The position numbers and the translations under genes were made by a program. This document shows, piece after piece, positions 1 through 8,848 of a stretch of 64,000 nt of DNA. Origin of the DNA: Cenarchaeum sp. Its GTDB lineage: Archaea; Thermoproteota; Nitrososphaeria; Nitrososphaerales; Nitrosopumilaceae. The notes beneath the pieces were generated by a model. That model was not told the origin of the DNA. It saw nothing but the letters and a program-made list of their open reading frames with translations, and did not search any database. The stretch covers positions 1,611,136 through 1,675,135 of the forward strand of contig CBDESU010000002.1 in the NCBI GenBank assembly GCA_965242695.1. The letters are read 5' to 3'. The stretch's first letter is position 1; every line of letters begins with the position of its first letter.

Positions 1-204
1 CGGGGCAGGGAGGAGCTGGCGCGGCAGATCGGGGACGGCCTGTTGCGCGAGCTGGAGGCGGCGTACGCCGAGGATGCGGTCTACGGCCGCATCGAGGCCG
101 AGCTGGACTCTAGGATGTCGCACGTGCGGGACTTTGGGGGGCGGCTAGACGCCTTTAGGGAGCGGTGCGCGGCGAGGCGGGCGCGCGGGGACAAGGCGGC
201 GTAG
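1..204 (+). CDS. 3' end of a hypothetical protein (5'-truncated by window edge)
   Basis: Frame +1 is open from base 1 to TAG at 202-204 and reads as a helical protein (RGREELARQIGDGLLRELEAAYAEDAVYGRIEAELDSRMSHVRDF...). Confidence 0.55.
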   Translation, partial: RGREELARQIGDGLLRELEAAYAEDAVYGRIEAELDSRMSHVRDFGGRLDAFRERCAARRARGDKAA

Positions 205-420
205 GGCATGCGCCCGAACCCGCGCGGGACGGCGCGGAATGTGGGCGCCGGGCGCACCCCGTGCCGTAGGCGTCGATGCGGGAAGGCATGACCACTGGGC
301 CTGCATTTGGGCCGTAGCCGGCTTCGCGACAAGGGCCGCTTTTGAGAAAAATGGGCCGCGATGAGCGCCCATTGGACGGCACACCTCGCACTTTATAAGG
401 AATGCTTGGCGGCCTAATTC

Positions 421-428
421 TTATATAC
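421..428 (+). promoter_or_regulatory. Candidate TATA box for the hairpin RNA at ~450-520
   Basis: TTATATAC AT-island in GC-rich DNA, about 30 nt upstream of the first base of the outer stem (451). Confidence 0.4.
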
Positions 429-448
429 CGCCGTGCCGCCCTAGGGCC

Positions 449-522
449 AACCTCGTATGCGAACCCCTAGGGCGGATGCATTGCATCCGCGACAACCTAG
501 GGCAGATGTGGATACGAGGCCT
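449..522. ncRNA. Candidate structured ncRNA adjacent to the DUF3800-like gene
   Basis: Nested inverted repeats: CCTCGTAT 451-458 / ATACGAGG 512-519; CCCTAGG 465-471 / CCTAGGG 496-502; GCGGATGCA 472-480 / TGCATCCGC 482-490. It ends 3 nt from the gene's stop codon. Confidence 0.5.
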
Positions 523-1098
523 TCATTTAAACAGCTTGAACATGCGCTCTTCCAAGGGCTTGGATATGTCGAGTCGAACGGCGCCCTTGGGCTCTATCCC
601 ACGTCTGTTCGCCCATGCTAGAACGTCGGCTAGACCATGTGCTGAACCCGGGCTCGCACGGTGCCACCCTTGATCATGGACAAAGAACTTGCAGTCGTCG
701 TCGCATTGAAATGCGAGCCGGTGCACCTCGAAGTCGTGCTGCCGCAAGAACTGCTCCACGCGATCGCGTATCAGATTCCACATGAGGGCGTGGTACGTAC
801 GGTACATCTTTTTGTTGGTGACTGGATTGCTCTCTCGCTTTAGTCGATCCCGGAGACTTGAGAATGTGCGATTCTTTTCCAGGCGTATACAAAGCCCCAT
901 ACGGTTTATCCCATCGAAGTTGACTTTGTTGATTATGCCATACTTCGCACTGCGGCCGACGATCCTGTTCATATGAACCGGCTCGGGACCCAAGCGCCTG
1001 GTCAGGGCCTTGATGCTCTCGTTCGTACCAATGACGATTCCCATAAATCTGTGGTTGCCCGACTTGGGGTCGCCTGAGACATCCATTCCTGCAAGCAT
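523..1098 (-). CDS. DUF3800-like (RNase H-fold) protein
   Basis: 191 aa, lower GC than flanks. N-terminal beta-strand with D-V-S-G-D (cf. DESG), internal VHM, and C-terminal GLADVLAW (cf. QxAD..A). AT-rich promoter-like stretch at ~1133-1147. Confidence 0.65.
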   Translation of the reverse strand: MLAGMDVSGDPKSGNHRFMGIVIGTNESIKALTRRLGPEPVHMNRIVGRSAKYGIINKVNFDGINRMGLCIRLEKNRTFSSLRDRLKRESNPVTNKKMYRTYHALMWNLIRDRVEQFLRQHDFEVHRLAFQCDDDCKFFVHDQGWHRASPGSAHGLADVLAWANRRGIEPKGAVRLDISKPLEERMFKLFK

Positions 1099-1398
1099 CC
1101 GATTTACTCCGCCGCCGCAAATTTAGACGCCCATATATGAATATAATCCGTAGCGGCAAGTCGCAAGCAGACGCGCTGTATGGAGCCACGCAATGCCAGC
1201 AAACCGCGAGGCGGCGCCTGGCGACGCCGCCTTGGCTCGTAACGCAGGGCGGCTCAATGCTGTGCTCCTGTCGGGCCCCGCCGCCGCAGACCAATTTTGC
1301 AGGAACTTGTAGATGGGCGTGATCCACTTGCTTGCCAAAAAGGGTGGCTGGAAAGGGGTGCCGCCACGCTCCATGAACTACGGTCGGGGGGACGTGTC

Positions 1399-1425
1399 GG
1401 GGGGGGGGGGGGGGGGGGGGGGGGG
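1399..1425 (+). repeat. Poly-G tract (27 G)
   Basis: Read directly; intergenic. Confidence 0.85.
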
Positions 1426-2441
1426 ATCGCGCGCTCTTCGAATCCTAGAGGCGAGTGCGCCCGCACCTTGGGCCGATGTGCTTGGATCGATGCAGTGCGA
1501 CTCTGGCGATGGCCTTCCCGTCCCTTGCCAGCGGTACAACACGAGTCGTTTTTTTTTGCATGCGACTCCGTCCACAGACATGGCGGATTTGGCGCCGCCT
1601 TTCTCGTTTGACATGGGTCGTCGTTGGGAAGACGGCGGGGGCTGCCTTGCGCATATTGCAATGCCTCCCTTGACCTTTCCGGTCTTTCCACACGGTTGAG
1701 TCGGTCCTTGGTATGATGGACTTGGACCGGCCACGAGGAGCGGGATGCCCATCCGCGGCGTCTGCGCACGATGCAGGCAGCCTAGCTGTACCACCGGCCG
1801 CTGCGTCGATGCGTGCCGTCGGGCCGCGGGCAAGCGCCTCGCGCTGCCTAGGCGCAAAGGCGCTCTGCATCCCTGTCACGGGCGGGGGACTCGAATAAAG
1901 CGGCATGGGGCGCATCGCATGTGGGGAGGGGGAGTGGAGAATGCGAAATGCCGCCAGCGCGGCCGTCACGCCTGGCGACCTGGCGGTGGCGGCTGAGGAC
2001 CTACCGGCATCGCACTGCATGATGGCGCTAGGCGGGATGCGACATGCGACGCCTCTGCCGTATCCTTGGGACGAGCCCCGCGCGCTGGGTATCCTTATAT
2101 GAGCCCCGCCGGGCGGTGTGCTGAAGGCACCGCTCTCCCAGGGGATGCCTTCATTAGAGGCAGGTTGAGGCATTTTTTTGCCCTAACGTGTGGTTTGAGA
2201 CGGGGCGCGCCCTTGACACGGGGCGCGCCCTGCATAACCCCGCTAGCCTGGGGCGGCATGGAGAAAGGCCCTGCAACCGGCGCGCGCAGAATCCCGCTGC
2301 GGCTTGGTGGGGGTGCCGGCAGGCCGCGGCAGGCCGCCCGCCAGCCCACCCTTCCAGTCCACATCCCTCCGCCCGACGCCCCGCTGATGCCGGCCGCGCG
2401 GCAGGGGAGACCGTTATACCTGCACCTTTCGGGGATGCCGC

Positions 2442-2738
2442 ATGGATGTCCCCGCCGGCGATATCAGCGTGGCGGCCGCCTGCGGAGCGGCCATGCACCT
2501 ACTCGAGGCGGGCAAGATATGGCACGCCGAGATATCGGTGCGCACCGGCCTGGGCGCCTCTGCCGTCGGGATCGTGGCCGACGCCGTGTCGCGGCGCGGC
2601 GCGAGGCGGAGGGGGAGGAGGCCGCCGCGACCGGGGCCGCCGCATGGGGCATCGGCTCGCCAGCCGCCGGATGTGCGCGCAACCGCGCGCAAAAAGCTTA
2701 TCTATCTTTTCCGGGCGCGCCGCCGTCAATGGAAATGA
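2442..2738 (+). CDS. Small hypothetical protein with possible HTH motif
   Basis: HAEISVRTGLGASAVGIVA resembles a helix-turn-helix; GTTATAC lies ~25 nt upstream of the ATG. The C-terminal half is low-complexity and uncertain. Confidence 0.4.
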   Translation: MDVPAGDISVAAACGAAMHLLEAGKIWHAEISVRTGLGASAVGIVADAVSRRGARRRGRRPPRPGPPHGASARQPPDVRATARKKLIYLFRARRRQWK

Positions 2739-3517
2739 TGGAGCGGCGCGTCACCGTCGACGGCAACTCCGTCCGCTACCTGGAATCTCCCGGCCGCGGC
2801 GAGGCGCTCCTGCTGGTGCACGGCTTGGGCGCATCGGCCGAGAGGTGGAGCCGCGTCGCGCCCCTGCTCGGGCGGCGGTACCGCCTGATCGTGCCGGACC
2901 TTGTCGGGTACGGGCGCAGCGACAAGCCGGCCGTCGACTACACGCCGGACTTTTTCGTCTCGCTCGTCGGGTCGCTCCTCGGCCTGCTCGGCGTCGAGCG
3001 AGCGCACCTGATCGGCTCGTCGATGGGCGGGCAGGTCGCCGCGCTGTTCGCCGCCGAGAATGCGGGGCGGGTCGGCCGCCTCGTGCTCGTCTCCCCCTCG
3101 GGGCTGATGAGGGATACGACGCCGGCGCTCAACAGGTACATCATGGCCGCCCTCTATCCGCGCAGGGACAGGGCGCGCGAGTCGTTCGCCGAGATGTCGG
3201 CGTCGACCGAGGCGAGCCCGGATATAGTCGACTCGTTCGTCGAGCGCATGGGCGAGCCGAACGCAAAGATGGCGTTCATGTCGTCGCTGCTAGGGCTGAA
3301 GCACTCGGACATTGGCGGCCGACTCAGCGGAATCGCGGCGCCGACGCTCCTCGTGTGGGGCTCGAACGATCCAGTCATACCGATCGGGTACGCGCGGCAG
3401 TTCTTCTCGGCCATACCGCGCTGCAGGTTCTACCGCATGGAGCGCTCGGGCCATACCCCGTTCGTCGACAGCCCCGAAAAGTTCGCCCGGGCCGTGCTCG
3501 ACTTTCTGCCGCCCTAG
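2729..3517 (+). CDS. Alpha/beta hydrolase fold protein
   Basis: LLVHGLG oxyanion motif, PDLVGYGRS, nucleophile elbow GSSMGG, WGSND acid, SGH catalytic His. Start reassigned to ATG 2729. Confidence 0.92.
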   Translation: MEMMERRVTVDGNSVRYLESPGRGEALLLVHGLGASAERWSRVAPLLGRRYRLIVPDLVGYGRSDKPAVDYTPDFFVSLVGSLLGLLGVERAHLIGSSMGGQVAALFAAENAGRVGRLVLVSPSGLMRDTTPALNRYIMAALYPRRDRARESFAEMSASTEASPDIVDSFVERMGEPNAKMAFMSSLLGLKHSDIGGRLSGIAAPTLLVWGSNDPVIPIGYARQFFSAIPRCRFYRMERSGHTPFVDSPEKFARAVLDFLPP

Positions 3518-3909
3518 GCGCCCTGCCCCCGCCCCCGGCGGGCCAGAGGCGGCGGCTCGCAGCCACCTGCCTGTGGGCCCTGCCCCGGGGCGCCCGCCCG
3601 GCGCCGCCCCGGCCCCTCTGCCTAGGGCGCCTTCATGCCCGCCGTGGCCGTGCGCGAGTCCGCGCGGCCACCCCGGGCTCCCTTCTCGGCGCCTGGGATG
3701 CACCTGTCCGCATGCCGCTCCGATTCGGCCGCGTGGGGGGGGAAGGGCCACGCTGCGCCCTGGCTGCGATGCTGCGCAGCATGGGCAGGCTCTTGGCGGT
3801 GCCGCCTCGGCCCCATCCCATGCCAGCACTCCTCCCCTGCGCCCCTCTGCTAGCCACCCGGATGACCTGCCCGCTGGGTATATATGGCGCTCATAACCGC
3901 CCGCCGGCA

Positions 3910-4359
3910 ATGAGTGGTAATCAGTACCCTCCAGATCCAGCGAGGATGCTGGCCGAGTGGATGGCGCGGGCCAGCCAGGCGCAGGGCGAGTTTGCAAAGA
4001 ACATCGGCGGCGCGATGGGCGGCAGTCAGGCGGATGCGGCCGACGGCGCGCAGGCGCCGGCCGGCCCGCTGGCCGAGGCGGCCGGCAAGGCGGCCGAGAT
4101 GCAGGCGGGCCTGCTTCGCATGCTCGGGGCGATGCAGGCGCGCGGCATGGACAAGATGGCCGACATTGGGCAGCTGGCCGCCCTGATGATGCCCAACGTG
4201 TGCAACTGGGGCGCCTACAAGACGGCCGTGGGCAACAACGGGAGGATATCGATACCAGAGGCCGAGCGCAGGGCGCTCGGCCTGTCGGACGGCGACCTGG
4301 TGCAGGTTATCGTCGTGCCGATATCACGCTCGCAGCGCGAACAGGGGGTGAAACAATGA
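3910..4359 (+). CDS. AbrB/SpoVT-domain regulator, PhaR-like
   Basis: C-terminal AbrB signature YKTAVGNNGRISIPEAERRALGLSDGDLVQV after a Gln/Met/Ala-rich helical N-terminus; TATATA at ~3879. Confidence 0.8.
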   Translation: MSGNQYPPDPARMLAEWMARASQAQGEFAKNIGGAMGGSQADAADGAQAPAGPLAEAAGKAAEMQAGLLRMLGAMQARGMDKMADIGQLAALMMPNVCNWGAYKTAVGNNGRISIPEAERRALGLSDGDLVQVIVVPISRSQREQGVKQ

Positions 4360-4793
4360 GCGCAACAGAAGCTACAGGCAAGACAGGAACCGGTTCAAAG
4401 GACGCGTACGCGGCCGTCGAGCAGGGCGCCGACAAGATACTCGACACCGTCAGGCAGTCGGTGCCGCGGTACCACCAGTCGGTCACGAACGTCCAGCAGG
4501 AGTACGTCGAGGCGTGCGAGAACATGCTCCACTCCTCGATCATGATGCAGCGCGAGTACGCCCAGAAGGCGGGCATCGCCGCTAGCGTGCCGGACGCGAC
4601 GCTGAGGATGTTCAACGAGATCGCGGAGGAGGCGGCAAAGGCCATCTCGGTGCAGAACCAGATGACGCTGGCCACCATCGACGCGGCGCAGCAGAACATC
4701 AAGACGTTCAACAGCAACGCCAAGGCGTTTGCCGACCTGAACCGGAACATCCTGCAGTCCTGGATATCAGCCTTTACGGCGGCCCGGAGCTAG
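4356..4793 (+). CDS. Phasin-like (PhaP-like) helical protein
   Basis: ATGA overlap with the AbrB gene and GGGGTG RBS. 145 aa Ala/Gln-rich amphipathic helical protein; gene order mirrors haloarchaeal phaR-phaP. Confidence 0.6.
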   Translation: MSATEATGKTGTGSKDAYAAVEQGADKILDTVRQSVPRYHQSVTNVQQEYVEACENMLHSSIMMQREYAQKAGIAASVPDATLRMFNEIAEEAAKAISVQNQMTLATIDAAQQNIKTFNSNAKAFADLNRNILQSWISAFTAARS

Positions 4794-4801
4794 GCTGAGG
4801 C

Positions 4802-4858
4802 GGCGGGGCTTTTTGCCCGCCCGAGCCTAATCCAAGACCCGCTTTTTTGCTCTCTCTC
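4802..4858 (+). terminator. Candidate terminator after the phaP-like gene
   Basis: GGCGGGGC-T5-GCCCGCC hairpin followed by a T6 / CT-rich run. Confidence 0.35.
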
Positions 4859-5248
4859 TGGCCCGCGGCGGCCGCGCGGCGCCGCGGCTAGGGCCCGGGC
4901 CGGCGGACCACGCAGCCTTCCGTTCCGCGAGCAGCTGACCGCGGAGGAAAAGGCGGCCGTGGCTGCGGCGTTCCGATGCGGATATCCGTCCCGCAGCGGC
5001 CCTGGCTGATCTGGCCTCGGCGAGCCTGCCGCCCGGCTCTACAGATGTCCTGCATCCCGTCCGTGCGCCTTGGGCGCATCTGCCCCGCGCCGCAACACGC
5101 GGCCCTTGGAGATGCGGCACTCTGGCTTTCGGCTCGCCCGTGGCGAAGACGGGGGCAGCATGCCGGCGCAACCAGGCCTGCCGGCACAGGTGGCGCCTCC
5201 AGACATCCGATGACTCGCGGCGGCCCTGCACGCGCGCATGCCCACGGC

Positions 5249-5269
5249 GGGGGGGGGGGGGGGGGGGGG
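5249..5269 (+). repeat. Poly-G tract (21 G)
   Basis: Read directly; intergenic, upstream of PINA. Confidence 0.85.
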
Positions 5270-5581
5270 TGGGGGTGGGTGCAAGGCCGGCCGGGACCGC
5301 ACACATGATCGTGGCGCCTTGTCCGGCCCGCCAGAGCGCGCGCCGGTGGGAGCGACTCCTGTGGAACCTTCCGTGCTTGGAAGCGCCAGGGGAAGGGGCC
5401 AGCTCCGGGTGATCCGCCGCCGGATCTGCGACCGCATCGCACCGGAAGGCCCCGCGCCGCGGCGGGCGCCATGCGGGGGCCCGCCGGCGCATGCCTCCCC
5501 GCCCCCGCCACCTGCGCTCCCGGGGCGCCTGCGCGCCGGCCCTGCCATGATTAAAAAGGCCCCGCGAGGGCGCCGCGCCGA

Positions 5582-7609
5582 TTGGGAGACCGCATCGTAC
5601 TCGACACAAGCATCATTGTCAACGGCGAGACCGTGCGGATGATCGACAGGGGCATGTTCGACGGCGCAGAGGTAGTCATACCAGAGGCCGTCGTCGACGA
5701 GCTCCAGTCGCAGGCGTCGCAAAAGCAGGAGCAGGGGTTCGTCGGGTTGCGCGAGATCAAAAAGATCCGCGACCTTGCGCCCAACCGCGGCATGACCGTC
5801 CGCTTCGAGGGGTCGCGCCCGACGGCCGACGACATACTGCTCTCCGACAGGGGGCGCATCGACGCCGTCATAAAGGACGCCGCGCGCGACGGCGGCTCGA
5901 CCCTGTACACGTCCGACAGGGTCCAGGCGATGGTCGCCGAGGCCGAGGGGATCGAGACGCAGCTCGTCAGGCAGCGCGGCAGGGAGAGGGAGCTCGAATT
6001 CACGGGGTTCTTTGATGCCACTACGATGAGCGTCCACCTCAAGGAGGGCCTGCCCCCAAAGGCCAAGCGGGGCAAGCCCGGCGCGTTCACGCTCGACGAC
6101 ATCGGCGATGCGCCGCTCACGAGGGACCGCATGCGCGGGATCGCCGCCGAGATACTAGAGGCGTCCAGGTCAGAGGGGGCCGACACCGAGATATCGCGCC
6201 CCGGCGCGCTCGTCGTCCAGTACGGCGACTACCGCATCGCCATGACGCAGCCGCCATTCTCGGACGGGCACGAGATCACCATAGTCCACCCGATCGTAAA
6301 GATGTCGCTCGGCGACTACGGCGTCTCGGAAAAGCTCATGGCGCGGCTCTCGGAAAAGGCCGAGGGCGTGCTTATATCCGGCCCCCCCGGGTCGGGCAAG
6401 AGCACGCTCGCCTCGGGCCTTGCAAACTTTTACCACTCGCGCGGCCGCGTCGTAAAGACGTTCGAGTCGCCGCGCGACCTCCAGGTCGAGCCAGGGATCA
6501 CGCAGTATACAAAGCTCGACGGCAGCTTTGAGAATACGGCAGACATACTGCTGCTCGTGCGCCCTGACTACACCATATTCGACGAGGTGCGGCGCGTCGA
6601 GGACTTTGCAGTGTTCTCGGACCTGAGGCTCACCGGGGTCGGCATGGTCGGGGTCGTCCACGCCAACGCGCCGCTCGACGCCGTCCAGCGGTTCATCGGC
6701 AAGATAGAGCTCGGGATGATACCGAGCGTGCTAGACACCGTCGTGTTCGTAAAGGACGGCGCGATAGAAAAGGCGTACGAGCTAGAGCTGATGGTAAAGG
6801 TGCCCTCTGGGATGACAGAGCAGGACCTTGCGCGGCCGGTCATCGTGGTGAGCGACTTTGAGGCGGGCGTGCCCGAGTACGAGATATACACGTTCGGCGA
6901 GGAGAATGTCATCGTCCCCGTGCAGGATTCGGGCAAGGGAGGCAAGGGCGGCGGCGAGAAGAGCGGCATGGCGCGGCTAGCCGAGCAGCGCATCGGCGAG
7001 ACGTTTCGGCGGTTCGACCCGGGGGCCCGCGTCGAGATAGTCTCGGACGGCAGGGCCAAGGTCACGGTCGCCAAGAGGCACGTGGCAAGGATAATCGGCA
7101 GGGGCGGCTCGAACATCGCCGAGCTTGAAAAGGCGCTCGGCGTGCGCCTCGACATCGACGGCGTCGAGGGCGGCGGCGAGGACGACGGCGGCGGGCCGAT
7201 CACGCTCGGCGGCTACGCGGGGCGCGACGGCGGCGGCAGGGACAGGGGCCGCGGCAGGGGGCGCGGCCGCGGCAGGGACAGGGACAGGGGCCGCTACGGC
7301 GACGAGTACGGCGGCGGCGACGGCGGAGACGACGGCGGCGGCGACGGGGAATATGGCGATCCCGGCGCGGACCGCGGGCCAGAGATACAGTTCACATTCT
7401 CGGAGACCCGCATGGGAACGGTGCTGACCGTCGGCCGCGAGCACATCGGCAGCCGCGCGTCCGTGTTCGTCGGCGGGCAGTACGTCGACTCGCCAAAGAT
7501 CACGCACAAGGGGCAGCTAAAGTTCCCGCGCCACTCGCCGCAGGGCCGCCGCTTCGCCGAGATGCTCACCTCGCCTGGCGACATACGCGTGTACCTCAGA
7601 GCCTCCTGA
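5582..7609 (+). CDS. pina: PINc/VapC-family ATPase (PIN + P-loop ATPase + KH; PINA)
   Basis: IVLDTS PIN start, GPPGSGKST Walker A, FDEVR Walker B, VGVVHA, and KH motif IIGRGG. Confidence 0.93.
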   Translation: MGDRIVLDTSIIVNGETVRMIDRGMFDGAEVVIPEAVVDELQSQASQKQEQGFVGLREIKKIRDLAPNRGMTVRFEGSRPTADDILLSDRGRIDAVIKDAARDGGSTLYTSDRVQAMVAEAEGIETQLVRQRGRERELEFTGFFDATTMSVHLKEGLPPKAKRGKPGAFTLDDIGDAPLTRDRMRGIAAEILEASRSEGADTEISRPGALVVQYGDYRIAMTQPPFSDGHEITIVHPIVKMSLGDYGVSEKLMARLSEKAEGVLISGPPGSGKSTLASGLANFYHSRGRVVKTFESPRDLQVEPGITQYTKLDGSFENTADILLLVRPDYTIFDEVRRVEDFAVFSDLRLTGVGMVGVVHANAPLDAVQRFIGKIELGMIPSVLDTVVFVKDGAIEKAYELELMVKVPSGMTEQDLARPVIVVSDFEAGVPEYEIYTFGEENVIVPVQDSGKGGKGGGEKSGMARLAEQRIGETFRRFDPGARVEIVSDGRAKVTVAKRHVARIIGRGGSNIAELEKALGVRLDIDGVEGGGEDDGGGPITLGGYAGRDGGGRDRGRGRGRGRGRDRDRGRYGDEYGGGDGGDDGGGDGEYGDPGADRGPEIQFTFSETRMGTVLTVGREHIGSRASVFVGGQYVDSPKITHKGQLKFPRHSPQGRRFAEMLTSPGDIRVYLRAS

Positions 7610-8195
7610 ACTCGGCGAGCACGTCCGGGTGCGACCGCAGGTAGGTCGTGAACTTGCGCAGCTGCCTCGTCGTCTTCTCGTCGAGGTGGTGCTCGATGCC
7701 CTCGGCGTCGCGGTCGGCCGCGTCGCGCGCCACGCCGAGCACCTCCAAAAACTCGAGGAGTATGCCGTGCTTTTGGCGGACCGCCTCGGCCAGGCGCGCG
7801 CCGGCCGCGGTGAGGCGTATGCCGTGGTACTTTTCGTACTCTAGGTGGCCGTTCTCGTCGAGGCGCTGCAGCATCCTCGTGACGCTCGGCGCGCTCACCC
7901 CCATATGCCTCGATATGTCCAGGGTCGTCGCGTACCCCTTGAGCTCGACGAGCTCGGCGATGACCTCTAGGTAGTCCTCGGTGCGCGTCGTCGGCTTTCT
8001 GCTCTCGGACTCGTGGACGGCCCTGATGGACTCTAGGCGCGAGCCGCCGCCGCTGTCTCCGCCGCCGTCGGAGCCGCGCCGCGCCCTGCCGCGGCCTCTG
8101 CCCGCCCCGGGCTCTCCAGCCGCGGTCCTGGCGTCCCCGGGGCCGCCCCCGCGCCCCTGCCGACCCCTCGGCCCGCCCCGAGCGCCCGCTCCCAT
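7596..8195 (-). CDS. DtxR/MntR-family metal-dependent transcriptional regulator
   Basis: EDYLEVI..., DISRHMGVSAPSVTRML HTH, KHGILLEFL, DAEGIEHHL. Has a Gly/Arg-rich N-terminal extension. Confidence 0.92.
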   Translation of the reverse strand: MGAGARGGPRGRQGRGGGPGDARTAAGEPGAGRGRGRARRGSDGGGDSGGGSRLESIRAVHESESRKPTTRTEDYLEVIAELVELKGYATTLDISRHMGVSAPSVTRMLQRLDENGHLEYEKYHGIRLTAAGARLAEAVRQKHGILLEFLEVLGVARDAADRDAEGIEHHLDEKTTRQLRKFTTYLRSHPDVLAEFRRL

Positions 8196-8330
8196 GCCGA
8201 CGGGGCCGGCGAAGGGGTATAATTTGCTGCCCCCGCGGCCGTCCCCCGCGCCCCTTGTCAAGGGCGCTGGACGCGCAGGCCAAAAGATCCTGACAAGCGC
8301 CCTCTACCCCATGCGCGGCGGAATGGGGGC

Positions 8331-8690
8331 ATGCCAGACGAGATGAGGGAGCGCCTGGACGCGATGCGCGCCTACTCGGAGTCGCTGCGCCGGCGCGCCG
8401 GCCTGTACAGGGAGATGGCCGAGATGGGCGGCGAGGGGACGGCCCGCTCGCTCGGCGCGCTGCAGCGCGCGCCCGCCCCGGGTCGCAAGCTGCAAAAGAT
8501 CGGCTTCATCATGCTCTGGATACCCGAGCCGACGGGGGCGACGATAGCGGCCGGTGCGCCGATGATCCTGGCCGGCCGCTACCTGGACAAGAGGTACAAC
8601 GGGGCCACCATAAAGGACATCGGGGAGCAGGCGCGGAGCGCCGGCGCCGAGATGTCCAGCTTTAGGGACACGGCGATGCGGCGGCTGTAG
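8331..8690 (+). CDS. Hypothetical protein with hydrophobic hairpin
   Basis: 119 aa with coding-like composition; KIGFIMLWIPEPTGATIAAGAPMILAG segment. Confidence 0.7.
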   Translation: MPDEMRERLDAMRAYSESLRRRAGLYREMAEMGGEGTARSLGALQRAPAPGRKLQKIGFIMLWIPEPTGATIAAGAPMILAGRYLDKRYNGATIKDIGEQARSAGAEMSSFRDTAMRRL

Positions 8691-8848
8691 GGGCCACCGC
8701 CGTCCCTCCCCGTCCGCTTCGGCCAAGGGGGCGCCGGTGCGGGGCCCTGCACGCGCCGCCCGCGTAGCCGCCGGGGGCCACCGGGCGGGCATCCCGCCCG
8801 GGCCGCCCAGAGGCTTGGATATTATACGGCCGGTGCGGCCCCGCCCGC

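Noticed and set aside
1640-1770. Possible transposase remnant on the minus strand (HHTKDRLNRVERP)
   Set aside because: Too short; no DDE context or terminal inverted repeats found.
2188-3909. 723-aa ORF 2188-4359 as one protein
   Set aside because: The N-terminal 574 codons overlap the hydrolase in another frame and are Arg/Pro/Ala noise; the real gene starts at 3910.
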